A stretch of DNA of 64,000 nucleotides from Vicugna vicugna. Lineage: Eukaryota. The notes beneath the pieces were generated by a model. The model was not told where the DNA came from. It did no database searches and saw nothing but the letters and a program-made list of their open reading frames with translations. Shown piece by piece: positions 53,545 to 64,000 of the stretch. The stretch lies in contig MU058844.1 of NCBI GenBank assembly GCA_013265495.1, positions 4,393,535-4,457,534 on the forward strand. The letters are read 5' to 3'. Position 1 is the stretch's first letter. Every line of letters starts with the position of its first letter. A program made the position numbers and the translations under genes.

Positions 53545-54192
53545 GTAAAAATTCTTGTTAGACTAACTGATTTGGGCAGATGTCATATTGCCTCATTATT
53601 ATTTACTGGAAAGTAGGAGGTACTTTAACTTTCTAGGATATAAGTTTTTATCTTATGCTCCAATATGTCATCTTATACTGTAACATGTTGCCATGCTGAT
53701 ATGTTTGTCCATATTTATTTCTCTAGTCTCCTTTGGTATACCTTGTAACTCTTGCCATGCAGGGTACATGGGTGATAACCTGAATGAATGTGTAGATAGC
53801 AGTCCGGCAAAGCTAATAATTATGGGAATTTTCTACTAACGACTCTTCAAAGTCCTGTGGACCATAAAGTTTAATTTTACACCTTAAGATAAATACACTC
53901 TAAGTATCATCAAAACCAATACATTGTTCACTATTTACATGAATTAACTCGTTTAAAAAAATAGAGTAGTGCTTAAAAACATAATTTTCTACTAATAGAA
54001 ATAGACAACTGTAAAGATGCACAAACCATTAAATGTCACCTCTAATTACAGAACTGCTCCTGTATTCATTTGTATATGTTTACATGTGCATGCATATGCT
54101 TATCATGTGTGTAATGTACATTATATTCTTATATAATAAATATGTATATATTGCACTGATTTGCAATAATTCTTGAAATTGTTGCTTTTCAG

Positions 54193-54282
54193 GTGCAGGA
54201 GCTTACAGATCTTCTGAAAGCAAAAAATGAAGAAGATGATCCAGTTATGGCAGCTGTCAATGCAAAAGTAGAAGAATGGAAG
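54193..54282 (+). CDS. CEP290: CEP290 exon 11 (90 nt)
   Basis: [33 protein letters not shown] acceptor, weak AAG|GTGCTT donor. Confidence 0.95.
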
Positions 54283-55047
54283 GTGCTTTTTTCAATTGCT
54301 ATAATAGTTTTTTCATTTTTATTTTAGATTTCAATGTTTTAGTCTATTTTTTAAAAGGCCTATACTAGTTAATGACCTTTTCATTAGGCATTTTTAAAAG
54401 TGTACTAAATGTCTTAGCTAGAAAAGCTCTAAGAACTGTCTTCTGGCTTATTTGTTGTTGAATAGATTCTTCTACATCAATGAGTTAAACTTTAATCTAA
54501 ATTTTATGGTAGAAATTATAAGTACAAAATATAATATAGTTGTCATCTAAAAGAGATCATTGTAAATAACAGCTAAATATTTTCACATAAATCATTCTTA
54601 CATTGTATATATTTGTTATATGGTTCTAGGTTTAATTTTAGTTTTTCTGACTCTCCTTCTATGTTATGCCAATCAAGCTATTGGCATTGGGTGGGAATGG
54701 GAGTAAGGAAATGGACTGGGAATCAAAGTAAGGAAAGGGGTCTTTTATAATCACCTGAGAAGACTTTTCAAAAGTCTATTCCTCCCCACCACTCTGTAAC
54801 TCCAACCAAATCTCTTAGCCTTACTTATCATATTAGAAGTTAAGATTGTAACGATTGTGTATTTTTAAAAAAAATCTGAACTGATTCTAAATAAATAATT
54901 CTAATTTAAAAAGTTATCCCTTTCATAGTCATTGTTTCTAATAGTGTTCACATAAATCTTGTTGCCTATTTGGAATTATGTGGGAGGCTAAGATAACCTT
55001 TATTTTAAACAAAAGCAGTAGCAATGGAAATAAGGTTTATAGAATCA

Positions 55048-55229
55048 GCCAGAGGTCAGTAAACCTTTTGTGAAAGGCCAGGGAGTCAGTATTTTGGACC
55101 ATTTAGTTTTTGATATAATAACATGAAAGCAGCTGTGTAATACACAAATAAATGAGCAAGGCTGTTTTCCAATAAAACTTTACAGAAGCAGGCAGCAGGT
55201 CAAATTGAGCCATAGTTTACCAACCCCAG
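55048..55229 (+). mobile_element. MER58A-like hAT MITE
   Basis: CAGAGGTCAGTAAACCTTTTGTGAAAGGCCAG...TTCCAATAAAACTTTA...CCATAGTTTACCAACCCC. Confidence 0.7.
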
Positions 55230-56182
55230 GAAGAAAAGAGTTGTTTTTAACTGTTTAATTTTGTGGGGAGAGTTGTTAGTGTAGGTATTCTTCTGCACTT
55301 TGTTTTTCCTTCGTATTTTTAACGATTGGCTTATATCAGTACATATAGTATTGCTTTGCTCTTTTTTAATGACTAATTTTTCTTTGTAACTATATATGTT
55401 ATTTACTTAATGGATTCCCTGTTGTGTGCCATTTAGGAAGTTTCTGATTTTCTTGTTAGCTACAAGGTTTTAATGAATATCCTTGTATGTTATTTTGAAA
55501 ATGTATATCTGTAGAATAAATGCTACAAACGTAATTCTGATATAAATTGCAAATATATCCCTCCAGTGCATCACTTCTCTTTTGGCTTTATGGTATTTTT
55601 TGCTATGAAGTATTTCTTTTTATATTGTGTACATTTTTTTTAATGGCTTTTGGCCTTTGCATCATAATTAGAAAAGATTCTGAATATAAAGTTGTTCTCA
55701 TATTTTCTTCTAGTATTTTCTAATTTCATATTTTACCTTTAAACTTAGCATATATTATTTATTTTGATATGAAGGGTGACAGAGGGATGCAACAGAGCTA
55801 CTCTGTTGTCCAAGCATCATTTATTGAATACTTCATCTTTCTTCTACTGAAATACGGTTCCATTTTTATTATATACAAAACTCAAAACTGTTGAATTTGA
55901 ATTTATTTCTGGTCTCTCTTCTTTTTTATTGATTGATCTGTTTTCTTACCACATACAGTTGTTTTAATTATTATGTTTAAAAATTTGAAAAAGCTGTTCT
56001 CATTATTTTTCTGTTTTTTAGACTCTTACAAAAGTGCTTTTTTAATACAAATTTTAGAAATAATTCTTTAAAGTATTATAGTTATTTTATTGGATATATA
56101 TATGTTAAATATATAAATTAATTTATAGATTGATTTTGCTATTTCATCCTAGCAAAGAATACAAGATACCTTTCATTTGTTT

Positions 56183-56380
56183 AAACTAAGGTGTTTATGA
56201 CATAACATTAATTTCAGGTATGCAATGTAATGATTTGATATTTGTAGACATTGCAAAATGATTACCACAGTAAGTCTGGTTAACATCCATACTCATACAT
56301 ATTTACAGTTTTTTTCCTTTGGTGGTGAGAACTTTGAAGATCCATTCTCTTAGCTATTTTCAAATACGCAATACGGTATT
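56183..56380 (-). mobile_element. L1 (L1MA9-like) 3' end fused to the U6atac copy
   Basis: Antisense of AATACCGTATTGCGTATTTGAAAATAGCTAAGAGAATGGATCTTCAAAGTTCTCACCAC...; same family as the copies at ~9045-9350 and ~21202-21497. Confidence 0.85.
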
Positions 56381-56506
56381 AAAAAGTGATGGTTAGATAC
56401 CATGAAGTAGATAGCAGTACCTTAACTGCATGCATGTTGTCAGGCCTGAAGGCCTGTTGCATTCCTGCTAAGGAGAGTGCTAACCTTCTCTTTTCTGATA
56501 ATACAA
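56381..56506 (-). pseudogene. RNU6ATAC-like pseudogene: Full-length U6atac snRNA retrocopy (5' part of a U6atac/L1 chimera)
   Basis: Reverse complement ...GAGAAGGTTAGCACTCTCCTTAGCAGGAATGCAACAGGCCTTCAGGCCTGACAACATGCATGCAGTTAAGGTACTGCTATCTACTTCATGGTATCTAACCATCACTTTTT aligns without gaps to U6atac as I recall it (about 95/119 by hand count); CpGs have decayed. Confidence 0.9.
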
Positions 56507-56914
56507 GAAGATGCATTTCATTCATTCAAGATATTTTATGATTCTTAGTGTCATTTTAATGTTTTCTTCCTAAAGAGTAGTTGTACAAAGCTTTTTGTAG
56601 CTGTAGGGAGACATTAATAACTTCTTGTTTTAGGAGTGGGTTTTAGAAACTTGAGATTGTTTAAAAGATTGAATTCCTTAGAAAGCGAAAAATACAGTAT
56701 ATATTTTTTAATCATTTCCTATTTGAACTTCAGGTTGTATGCACCAAAGGAACAATGGTCATTCCAATACTTTCTGATATTTTCTCACTTCAAAGAATTT
56801 TATTTCCTGTATTTTCTTGAAATCTGCTAATATTTCATATTAGAGTACTTACTGTAAATGAAATTGCTTTATTAATTTTCCTCTTATGTAACATCCTATT
56901 TTGTTTATTTCTAG

Positions 56915-57037
56915 TTAATTTTGTCTTCTAAGGATGATGAAATTATTGAGTATCAGCAAATGTTACATAACCTGCGGGAGAAACTGAAAAATGCCCAGCT
57001 TGATGCTGATAAAAGTAATGTTATGGCTCTACAACAG
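56915..57037 (+). CDS. CEP290: CEP290 exon 12 (123 nt)
   Basis: [44 protein letters not shown] acceptor, GTAAAA donor. Confidence 0.96.
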
Positions 57038-57935
57038 GTAAAACTTTCTCAAAATTTGGCTTATTAACCAGTTTTATTAAAGTTGGCAATGAAGCTCTGA
57101 ACTGTGTCTTAGTTATATATTATCGCCTATGTCTAATCTAGTCACTTGCACTATTGGATATATAATAAAGTATTTTGAAGTTTTTTACACCATCCATTTC
57201 CAAGAAAAAATTAGAATTAAGGTGAAAGTTATTTTTCTATGCTGTTGCAGATAATACATTTATTGTTTTATATGGGAATTATTTAGTAAGAAAGTATTAA
57301 AAACTTCCAGAAATTCAAAAATATCTTAATACTCCTATGAAAAAGTTTATAATATTGTATTTTAGTGCTAAAATATCCTGTGCAATGTGAAATAAGCTAA
57401 GAGTACGGCTATAATTTATACTACATAAAAATTTTATTTTTAGTATAAATATATTAATATAGAAGTTACACTTGTATCATCTGTACTCTCTAGTCATGGT
57501 CCAAAAGAAAGAAGGAAATCTGGAAAGTTTTTGGAGACTAAGGACAATTGCAAGGGACAAAATTGCAAGGGACAGAATTACTGTAGGGGTGAAAGCTAAG
57601 TTGAATAAGAGAAAAAGCAGACATATGAAATGATAAAAGGAATTGGAGGCATGATGATGAAGAGTAACCCAAAAGGACTCATAAGAACACACAAATATTA
57701 GAGAGTTCTAGAACTCCTGTTAGCCATCATATCATCTGTAAGTACTAGAGTGACAGCAGTATACATACCATTGAGTAGTGCATTTGAGGTATACAGCATA
57801 GTAAAAGGCATAGTTTTGACCCACAAAAAATATACTCTGTAGTTTTGTTGAAAAAAATAAGACCTACCTTTTTCCTTTTAAGGTGTATATTAATATTTAT
57901 AAAGATAATATATAATATTTTAAAATATTTTATAG

Positions 57936-58059
57936 GGCATACAAGAACGAGATAGTCAGATTAAGATGCTCACTGAGCAAGTAGAACAATATACAAAAGA
58001 AATGGAAAAAAATACTTTTATTATTGAAGATTTGAAAAATGAGCTCCAAAGAAACAAAG
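57936..58059 (+). CDS. CEP290: CEP290 exon 13 (124 nt)
   Basis: [41 protein letters not shown](G); TAG acceptor, GTAATT donor. Confidence 0.96.
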
Positions 58060-58699
58060 GTAATTCAATGTTTTTTAGTATATAGTTATTTTATATATTT
58101 TAAAGTTTTAAAAATACTTTATTTTTATTGAAATGAAATTGTCACAGCAATAGACATATTACTAATTTTTCTCTTTTATCATTAAAAAAGTGCAGGATAT
58201 TATTAACTACGTATATTACTAATGTTTAAGTTTGTAAATAATGGCAAGATTTTTTGTAATTTTTCTCTGATAAAAATTACAGTAACCTCTATTACCAAAT
58301 TGGCTGTATGAAAGAAGTAAAAAATGGTGATAAAATTGTATTTAACCTCTTTTTGTAATGAAGAAAGAATGGAAGAAAATAAAATTTTGATCATTGTAGT
58401 AGCATTGCAGAAATTTTTCCGAAGTAATTTGACTTGTCAACCTTTGAATTAAGCTTACTGGACTTAATATCTCATCATATTCTCCCCACCTTGGGTCATA
58501 CTCTCTTACCTAACTCATCAAATCCTCTGAAGTAAGCCCTTACAACATCAGCGGTCTTATAATTCCATACTATAATTTTACCAGAGCACATTAATGCAAA
58601 CTATTCATAATAATTTCATGACATTTATTATAATTGCTGAAGATAAAAAAAAAGGCACATGGGGGAAATAGTGAGTGTGTGTGTGTGTGTAAGTGAGAT

Positions 58700-60350
58700 A
58701 ATGGTGCTGGTGTTTGGAGGCGTGGTTGTAATTTAGAGTGTGAGGGAAAAGCCTCACTGAGGAGATATTTCAGTAAAGACGTAAAGAAAGTAAGGGAGTG
58801 AGCCATGCAGATGTCCCTAAGCAGTCGGAATAAGTGTAGGGTACTGAGGCAAGAGTGTACCGAGCATGTTTGGGAAACAGCAAAGTAGCTTTCCTGGCTG
58901 GAGCAGAGTGAGCAAGTGGGCAGTGGTAGGTGATGAGATCAGAGATGTAACCACAGGTCTTATCATATGGGGCCTTACAGTTCATTGTGGAGACTTGGGC
59001 TTTTATTTTAACTGATAATGGGCACTGAAGAGAGTTTCTGAAGAAAGTAGTGATATATTTTGACTTAGACTGTGTCTCCAATAGACTTTAGGAAGGGTAG
59101 GGACGGAAGCAGGAGACCTGCTATAGGACTATTGCAGTAATCTGGAGAGAGCTGATGGTAGCTTAGGGCATGGTGAGTAGCAGTGGAGCTATATGTAGTC
59201 AGTTCTGGATGTATTTTGAAGGTAACAGAAGTAAAATTTGCTGACAGATAAGATGTAGGATGTGAAAGAAAGTTATGAGGCCTTTTGGTCTGAACACTAG
59301 GGAGGGTGGTGGAAAGAGCAGGTTTGGAGATGATCAGGTGCTTAGTTAAACAAGACATGTTAAGTTTGAGTTGCTCATTAGACATCTGAGTGACAGTGAC
59401 AAGTAGGTATTTGTATATGAAAATCTGAGGTTCAGGAGGACAATCTAGGCTAAACATACACATTTGGGTATCATATGCATAAAAATGGTAGTTGAAGTCA
59501 TTAGGCTGCTTGAGATCATCAAGGGAGAAAATGTTGGTTAAAAAGGAAAATCTTGAGACTGAACTCTGGGATACTGTTACTTTAGAGCCTGGGAAGGTGA
59601 AAAGGAACAACCAAAAGAGACTGGAAAGGAATGGCCAGAGAGATGGGAGGAGGACCAGGAGCCTGTAGAGTCCTGAAATCCACATGCAGAATGTCATCAA
59701 GGAAGAGCATAAGCAACTCTGTTCAGAACTGTATTCATTGCTGATAAGTCAAGATGAGCACTGAAAATTGACCATTGGATTTAGCAGTGGTCATTTTTGC
59801 TTCAAGAAAAAATGGGTAGAGATGAAACAGAGCAAATACGGAGGACTGTTTCTATGAAGAAAAGGAGAAAAATAGAGTGGTAGCTTGAGGGGAAGGAGGG
59901 ATAAAGAAAGTGTTTTTCTCTTTAAAAACAGAAGAAATAATCATGCTTCTAGGTTGATAAGAAAGATCCATTGAAGAGGAAACAATTCATGAACTGATGA
60001 AGCCAGAGAGGGGGAGAATAACTTCTGGAGTAATATCCTTGAAGAGGCGATGGAATGGGATCTAGGGTTCAGTGGAGAAGGTGGCCTTAGGACCACGGAG
60101 AGCTCCACCATAGTGACAGGATGGAAGGTGGAGTGAATCAATAGTTCGAGGTGGCTGAGTGGATGTCCTGATGGGAAAAGCTTCAGTTTTCTCAGTGAAC
60201 AAGGAAGCAAAGTATTCACCTGAAAGTGAGGGTGTGGCAGATATATTAGAAGTTTGAAGAGAGAGAAGAAAAGCAAAGATATGGAATGGTCGTCTGGAAG
60301 AAGGAATACACTTCTGTTCCTTCTATTGTAGAATACACTACAAACTCAGT
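58700..60350 (-). mobile_element. L2 element
   Basis: Purine-rich antisense L2 (GGCTGGAGCAGAGTGAG, GACATGTTAAGTTTGAG, GACCATTGGATTTAGCA); explains the 211-aa and 103-aa minus ORFs. Confidence 0.75.
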
Positions 60351-60659
60351 AAGACTGTTGAGCACCATCCAGGCCCACTTGATAGAGTCATTTCTATATA
60401 TGTGTGCACTTTGTGTATATTAGAATTATAGTTTGACAGTAGTTTAAACTGCTTATTCCAGCCACCAGGAGAAGAACCAGCAGTTGATCTTTGCTATCAA
60501 ATAAGGAAGAGTTCTTATCTAATGACACTTCAGTCAGTCCATAGTCATATGTCCCCTAAAGCTCACAGGTGTACATACTACAGTATCATGCATTTAACTT
60601 GAATTTGACTTATGTATGACAACTAATGGTATTCTCCCTTCATTGATTAGGGTTAGTTT

Positions 60660-61616
60660 TAGCTCTCTGAAGCAGATCTGGAAAATGGTGGCAAAATCAA
60701 GATTGTGTATTGGTCTAGAATTAGGCAGTCCAGGGTATTGCCTTCACCTGCCTCATGCAAAATGGAACTTTACCCTCACATCCAATCCTAAACAGCAAGA
60801 TAGAGGAGGAGGGGGCAAGAAGCAAAGAGCAGGTACTGAAGGATAGACAGGTAAATATATTGTGGAGGGCCATGTAGAAGAACTGGAGGATAGATTTTGG
60901 GGACAGCAGCCTCTGTCACTTTGTCTAGTTAGACTATTCACTCCAGAGAGCAGATCTCATTTTTTATAAATGTATGTGATCTGGTCCGATGCCTGTGTGT
61001 AAGTACATTTATGCCCTAAAAATCAGTAGATGTTTATTATGGGTAAGTGTAAGAATGGTTTGTGTCAATAAGTTTTAGAATGATAGGAATACTATATTTT
61101 GGTCTTGGCAACATTTTGGTAAAATTTACAAGTAGGAATTTTGTTAGCTATTAATTACCATTAAATTCAGCTGCAAGTGACAAAAAGAATTAAATGTAAC
61201 AATGGTTAAACAGGACAGAAATGTGTTTTTCCATAATACATACAGAGCTGAGGCAACTAGTTTAGGGTTGGTGTGCAAATTGTACAGATACCAGATATCA
61301 GGCACCCTATCTTGTTGCTCTACCTGTCTCAACATGTGGTCATCTCATGTTCTAAAAAGACTGTTAGAGTTCCACCCCTAATGTCCATATTCCAGCTGAC
61401 AGGAGGGAGGAAAGAGAAAAGGAAGAAACATTTCCTGAAATATGGACGTGGCCTATTTCTATCCCATTAGTCACATGACCACACCTAAGTTACTTGCCTG
61501 TAAGTAGAAATTTAGTTTTTGTTTCAAGTGGTCATGTGTCCACCTAAAAATCTATAGTTCTATTACAGTGGACATAAGGGAAGTTGACTATTAGGAACAG
61601 ATTGCAGCCTTTGCCA
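60660..61616. mobile_element. Old MaLR LTR fragments (MLT1J/K-like)
   Basis: ATTCAGCTGCAAGTGACA..., TAGTCACATGACCACACCTA. Confidence 0.45.
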
Positions 61617-61832
61617 CAATGATCATCTTTGTAAAGCATTGTTTTCCATTCTTTTGTAATCCATGTCCCTTCAGCTAAAAAGATTTTATTAAATGTAAAA
61701 TTATAATATTAACATAATATTAAATGGACTTTTTTAGTGACATACCACTTTTCCTGCCTCCCATATTGGAATCAGTGATTTACAGGAGTAAGTAGTCAAT
61801 TGAATTCATTTATGATTTATTTTGCCCTATAG

Positions 61833-62005
61833 GAGCTTCAACACTTTCTCAACGGACTCATTATATGAAAATTCAGTCTAAGGTTCAGATTTTAGAAGAG
61901 AGAACCAAAGAGGCTGAGAGAACAGCTGAACTGGCTGAGGCTGATGCTAGGGAAAAGGATAAAGAGCTAGTTGAGACTCTAAAGCGATTAAAAGATTATG
62001 AATCG
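61833..62005 (+). CDS. CEP290: CEP290 exon 14 (173 nt)
   Basis: (G)ASTLSQRTHYMKIQSKVQILEERTKEAERTAELAEADAREKDKELVETLKRLKDYES; TAG acceptor, GTATGT donor. Confidence 0.96.
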
Positions 62006-62719
62006 GTATGTATTTTTATCTCGTCAATCAAGGAGTTTAGAATTATCCTTGCCATTTACAGTTAGACTTCTCTGTGCCACTTACTGTGTACCATTTAAAA
62101 ATATTCCAGAAGTATGATGGAGGTTATTGTTGACTTATGCTGAAATTTTCAAACTTCCGCATAGCATTTACTTTTTGGCAGAATTTTTTTCAAACCATTT
62201 GGTTAAACCATTTTGCCCAGGTAATCAGCTTTGGCGAGGCAGCAGGATTAGATTCTTTGTAATCTATGTCATTGTACCACCACGTAGATTTGACACCACT
62301 GATCAGTTGTATAAAAGTTGTAACAGGGACAGTTTTGCTGCCTACTGTGCCAACATGGCCTTATCTTGCACTTTTGTATTTTTAAATCTGATTACTGCTA
62401 GGTCAGGCAACTAATAACTTACATATTCTAATGGTATTGCTGATTCTCCCTTACTGTTCCTTTTCTATATTTTGTTATGTGTTTTATATGTAATATTCTG
62501 AGTCACTTTGTCATTAGGATGCTGTACTGGGAAATTTCAGCTGTCCATTTCCCATTATTAGTATTACTGGATTTGTTTTTTAAGAGTACAGTAAAATATA
62601 GTTTAGAGAAATAAATCTTAGATATATGTACACTTACCCTCAGATTTAATGAGAAAGTAAATTCATGAATTTGATATTTCAAATAATGTTATATTTAAAT
62701 TATATTGGGTATTTTTCAG

Positions 62720-62882
62720 GGAGTTTATGGTTTAGAAGAGGCTGTTATTGAAATAAAGAATTGTAAAAACCAAATTAAAATAAGAGATCGAGAGATTGAA
62801 GTATTGACAAAGGAAATCAATAAACTTGAGTTGAAGATAAATGATTTCCTCGATGAAAATGAGGCACTTAGAGAGCGTGTGG
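62720..62882 (+). CDS. CEP290: CEP290 exon 15 (163 nt)
   Basis: [54 protein letters not shown](G); CAG acceptor, GTAAGC donor. Confidence 0.96.
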
Positions 62883-64000
62883 GTAAGCCATCTAAAATAT
62901 GTAGTTTGCTCAACCCTAATTGTCAAGTCATTTTCTTGTTTTTTCTTTTTGTTTAGTATTATTTTAAAATAGTTAGATGCTTTTTTCCCCCAAATAAATC
63001 TTTCTATAAAAATATTTAAAACAAGTAAAAGTAGAGCTGTTCCAATTGAAGTGAATTATGAATTTGATGCAGTTGGAGCAGTGGATGGGCAGACCAGGAG
63101 CACTGCTATATTCAGTCTGGGATCTCCTCTGTAATAATTGCTTGTTTGAAAAATGAAAGTCTAATAAGTTAATATCCCACATTAGAAGTTAACCTTTTTG
63201 TCAACAAAAGTAGTTGGTTTGCAAAACGCTCTAGTTTCAGATGGATGCACGGGAACATTTAGAAATACTGTTTAATCATTTTTAAGACTTAAATACTTGA
63301 CTTATAATTTAGACTGTTAAGTTTTAATTGGGTTGAGTGTTTTAAGGTTACTATTGATTCTAAGAAGTAATTAGTAAATATAGCTTGAAAGTTTATATGC
63401 TGATATCAATAAATAGTTCAGTAGTAAATATTTCTAATTTGAATGTTATGACTGCAATCTAAATTGCTACTTTAAAATACAAAAAAAGATCTGAACAATG
63501 ACTTAAATACCAGTGGTTTCTTAGAGTTTAAATGATTACCTTTAAAAACTATTCTCTAAATAAAGGGGGAATAAATATTTTATACATATTATTTATTTGT
63601 AAAAAAAAAAAAAAAGCATCTAACTGGAACACAGAATCATGCCAGAACTTCAAGTTAGACTTCTAATATACTCGGCTTATCAATCACAGCCAACTTCAGT
63701 TTCGGCTTTCCTAAAGATGCCTGAGCTGTGTAGATAGCTGTCACAAACACCAGATTTTCCAAATTTCAAAGGCTCGAAATCTTGATTTATAACTACTTGA
63801 GACAGTCTTGATATCTGGTTTTCAGAGCATAGTGCTTAGTAATTGGAAGTTAGGAAAGAGGCACACTGAGAACATCAGGCTAGTCATGATAATGTAAAAG
63901 TCATGATATTAATGATGCCTACTCTGTGCCAGGCACTGTACTAAGTTCTTTATTTGGGTAAATTAATTATACTCCTGACAACAAGCCAAAAATATAAATA

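Larger units (their letters stand above)
55320..56600 (-). mobile_element. Old L1 (L1ME-like) ORF2/3' remnant hosting the chimera
   Basis: Degenerate antisense L1 phrases (TTGTCCAAGCATCATTTATTGAATA, TTTATTTCTGGTCTCTCT) that resume after the insertion. Confidence 0.55.
42800..62882 (+). other. CEP290: CEP290 gene, exons 1-15 (centrosomal/transition-zone coiled-coil protein); continues right of the window; TSS approximate
   Basis: Fourteen coding exons splice in frame (1525 nt) to MPPNINWKEIIKVDPDELPRQEELADNLL...NEALRERVG, recognisable as CEP290. Confidence 0.97.

Noticed and set aside
56381..56506. Functional U6atac gene
   Set aside because: About 20% diverged, all CpGs decayed, changes near the 5' splice-site-pairing region, upstream flank is old L1 with no evident PSE/TATA, and it is fused to L1.
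59065..59700. 211-aa minus-strand ORF, the longest in the track
   Set aside because: Lies within a degenerate L2 element in CEP290 intron 13; no recognisable protein or splice context.
61857..61868. CEP290 exon 14 seems one codon longer (THY-MKIQ) than the human exon as I recall it
   Set aside because: In-frame single-residue indel, based on memory only; probably ordinary orthologue variation.

Overview
Mammalian genomic DNA, AT-rich and repeat-rich. The young tRNA-derived SINEs and L1 3' ends look camelid (alpaca/camel), which is an inference. The window holds the 5' parts of two head-to-head genes sharing a CpG-island promoter at about 42.1-43.3 kb. TMTC3 is on the minus strand: a non-coding exon 1 plus coding exons 2-12, 1706 coding nt, continuing off the left edge. 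CEP290 is on the plus strand: a non-coding exon 1 plus coding exons 2-15, 1525 coding nt, continuing off the right edge. All exons were read by hand, have GT-AG boundaries and splice in frame. The promoter carries RFX X-box, ZNF143-type, ETS and CCAAT motifs. The introns contain L1, L2, MIR, MaLR/ERV LTRs and hAT/Tc2 MITEs. The best non-obvious feature is a full-length U6atac snRNA copy fused to an L1 3' end and flanked by a target-site duplication (a U6atac/L1 chimera) in CEP290 intron 11. Also notable are four separate 5'-inverted (twin-primed) L1 insertions inside TMTC3, a polyadenylated LTR fragment with a TSD, and a 21-nt CEP290 microexon with a rare GAG acceptor and a ~170-nt AG-free zone. 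I found no evidence for a wholly new gene system. Repeat family names come from recalled consensus sequences and need RepeatMasker/Dfam confirmation.
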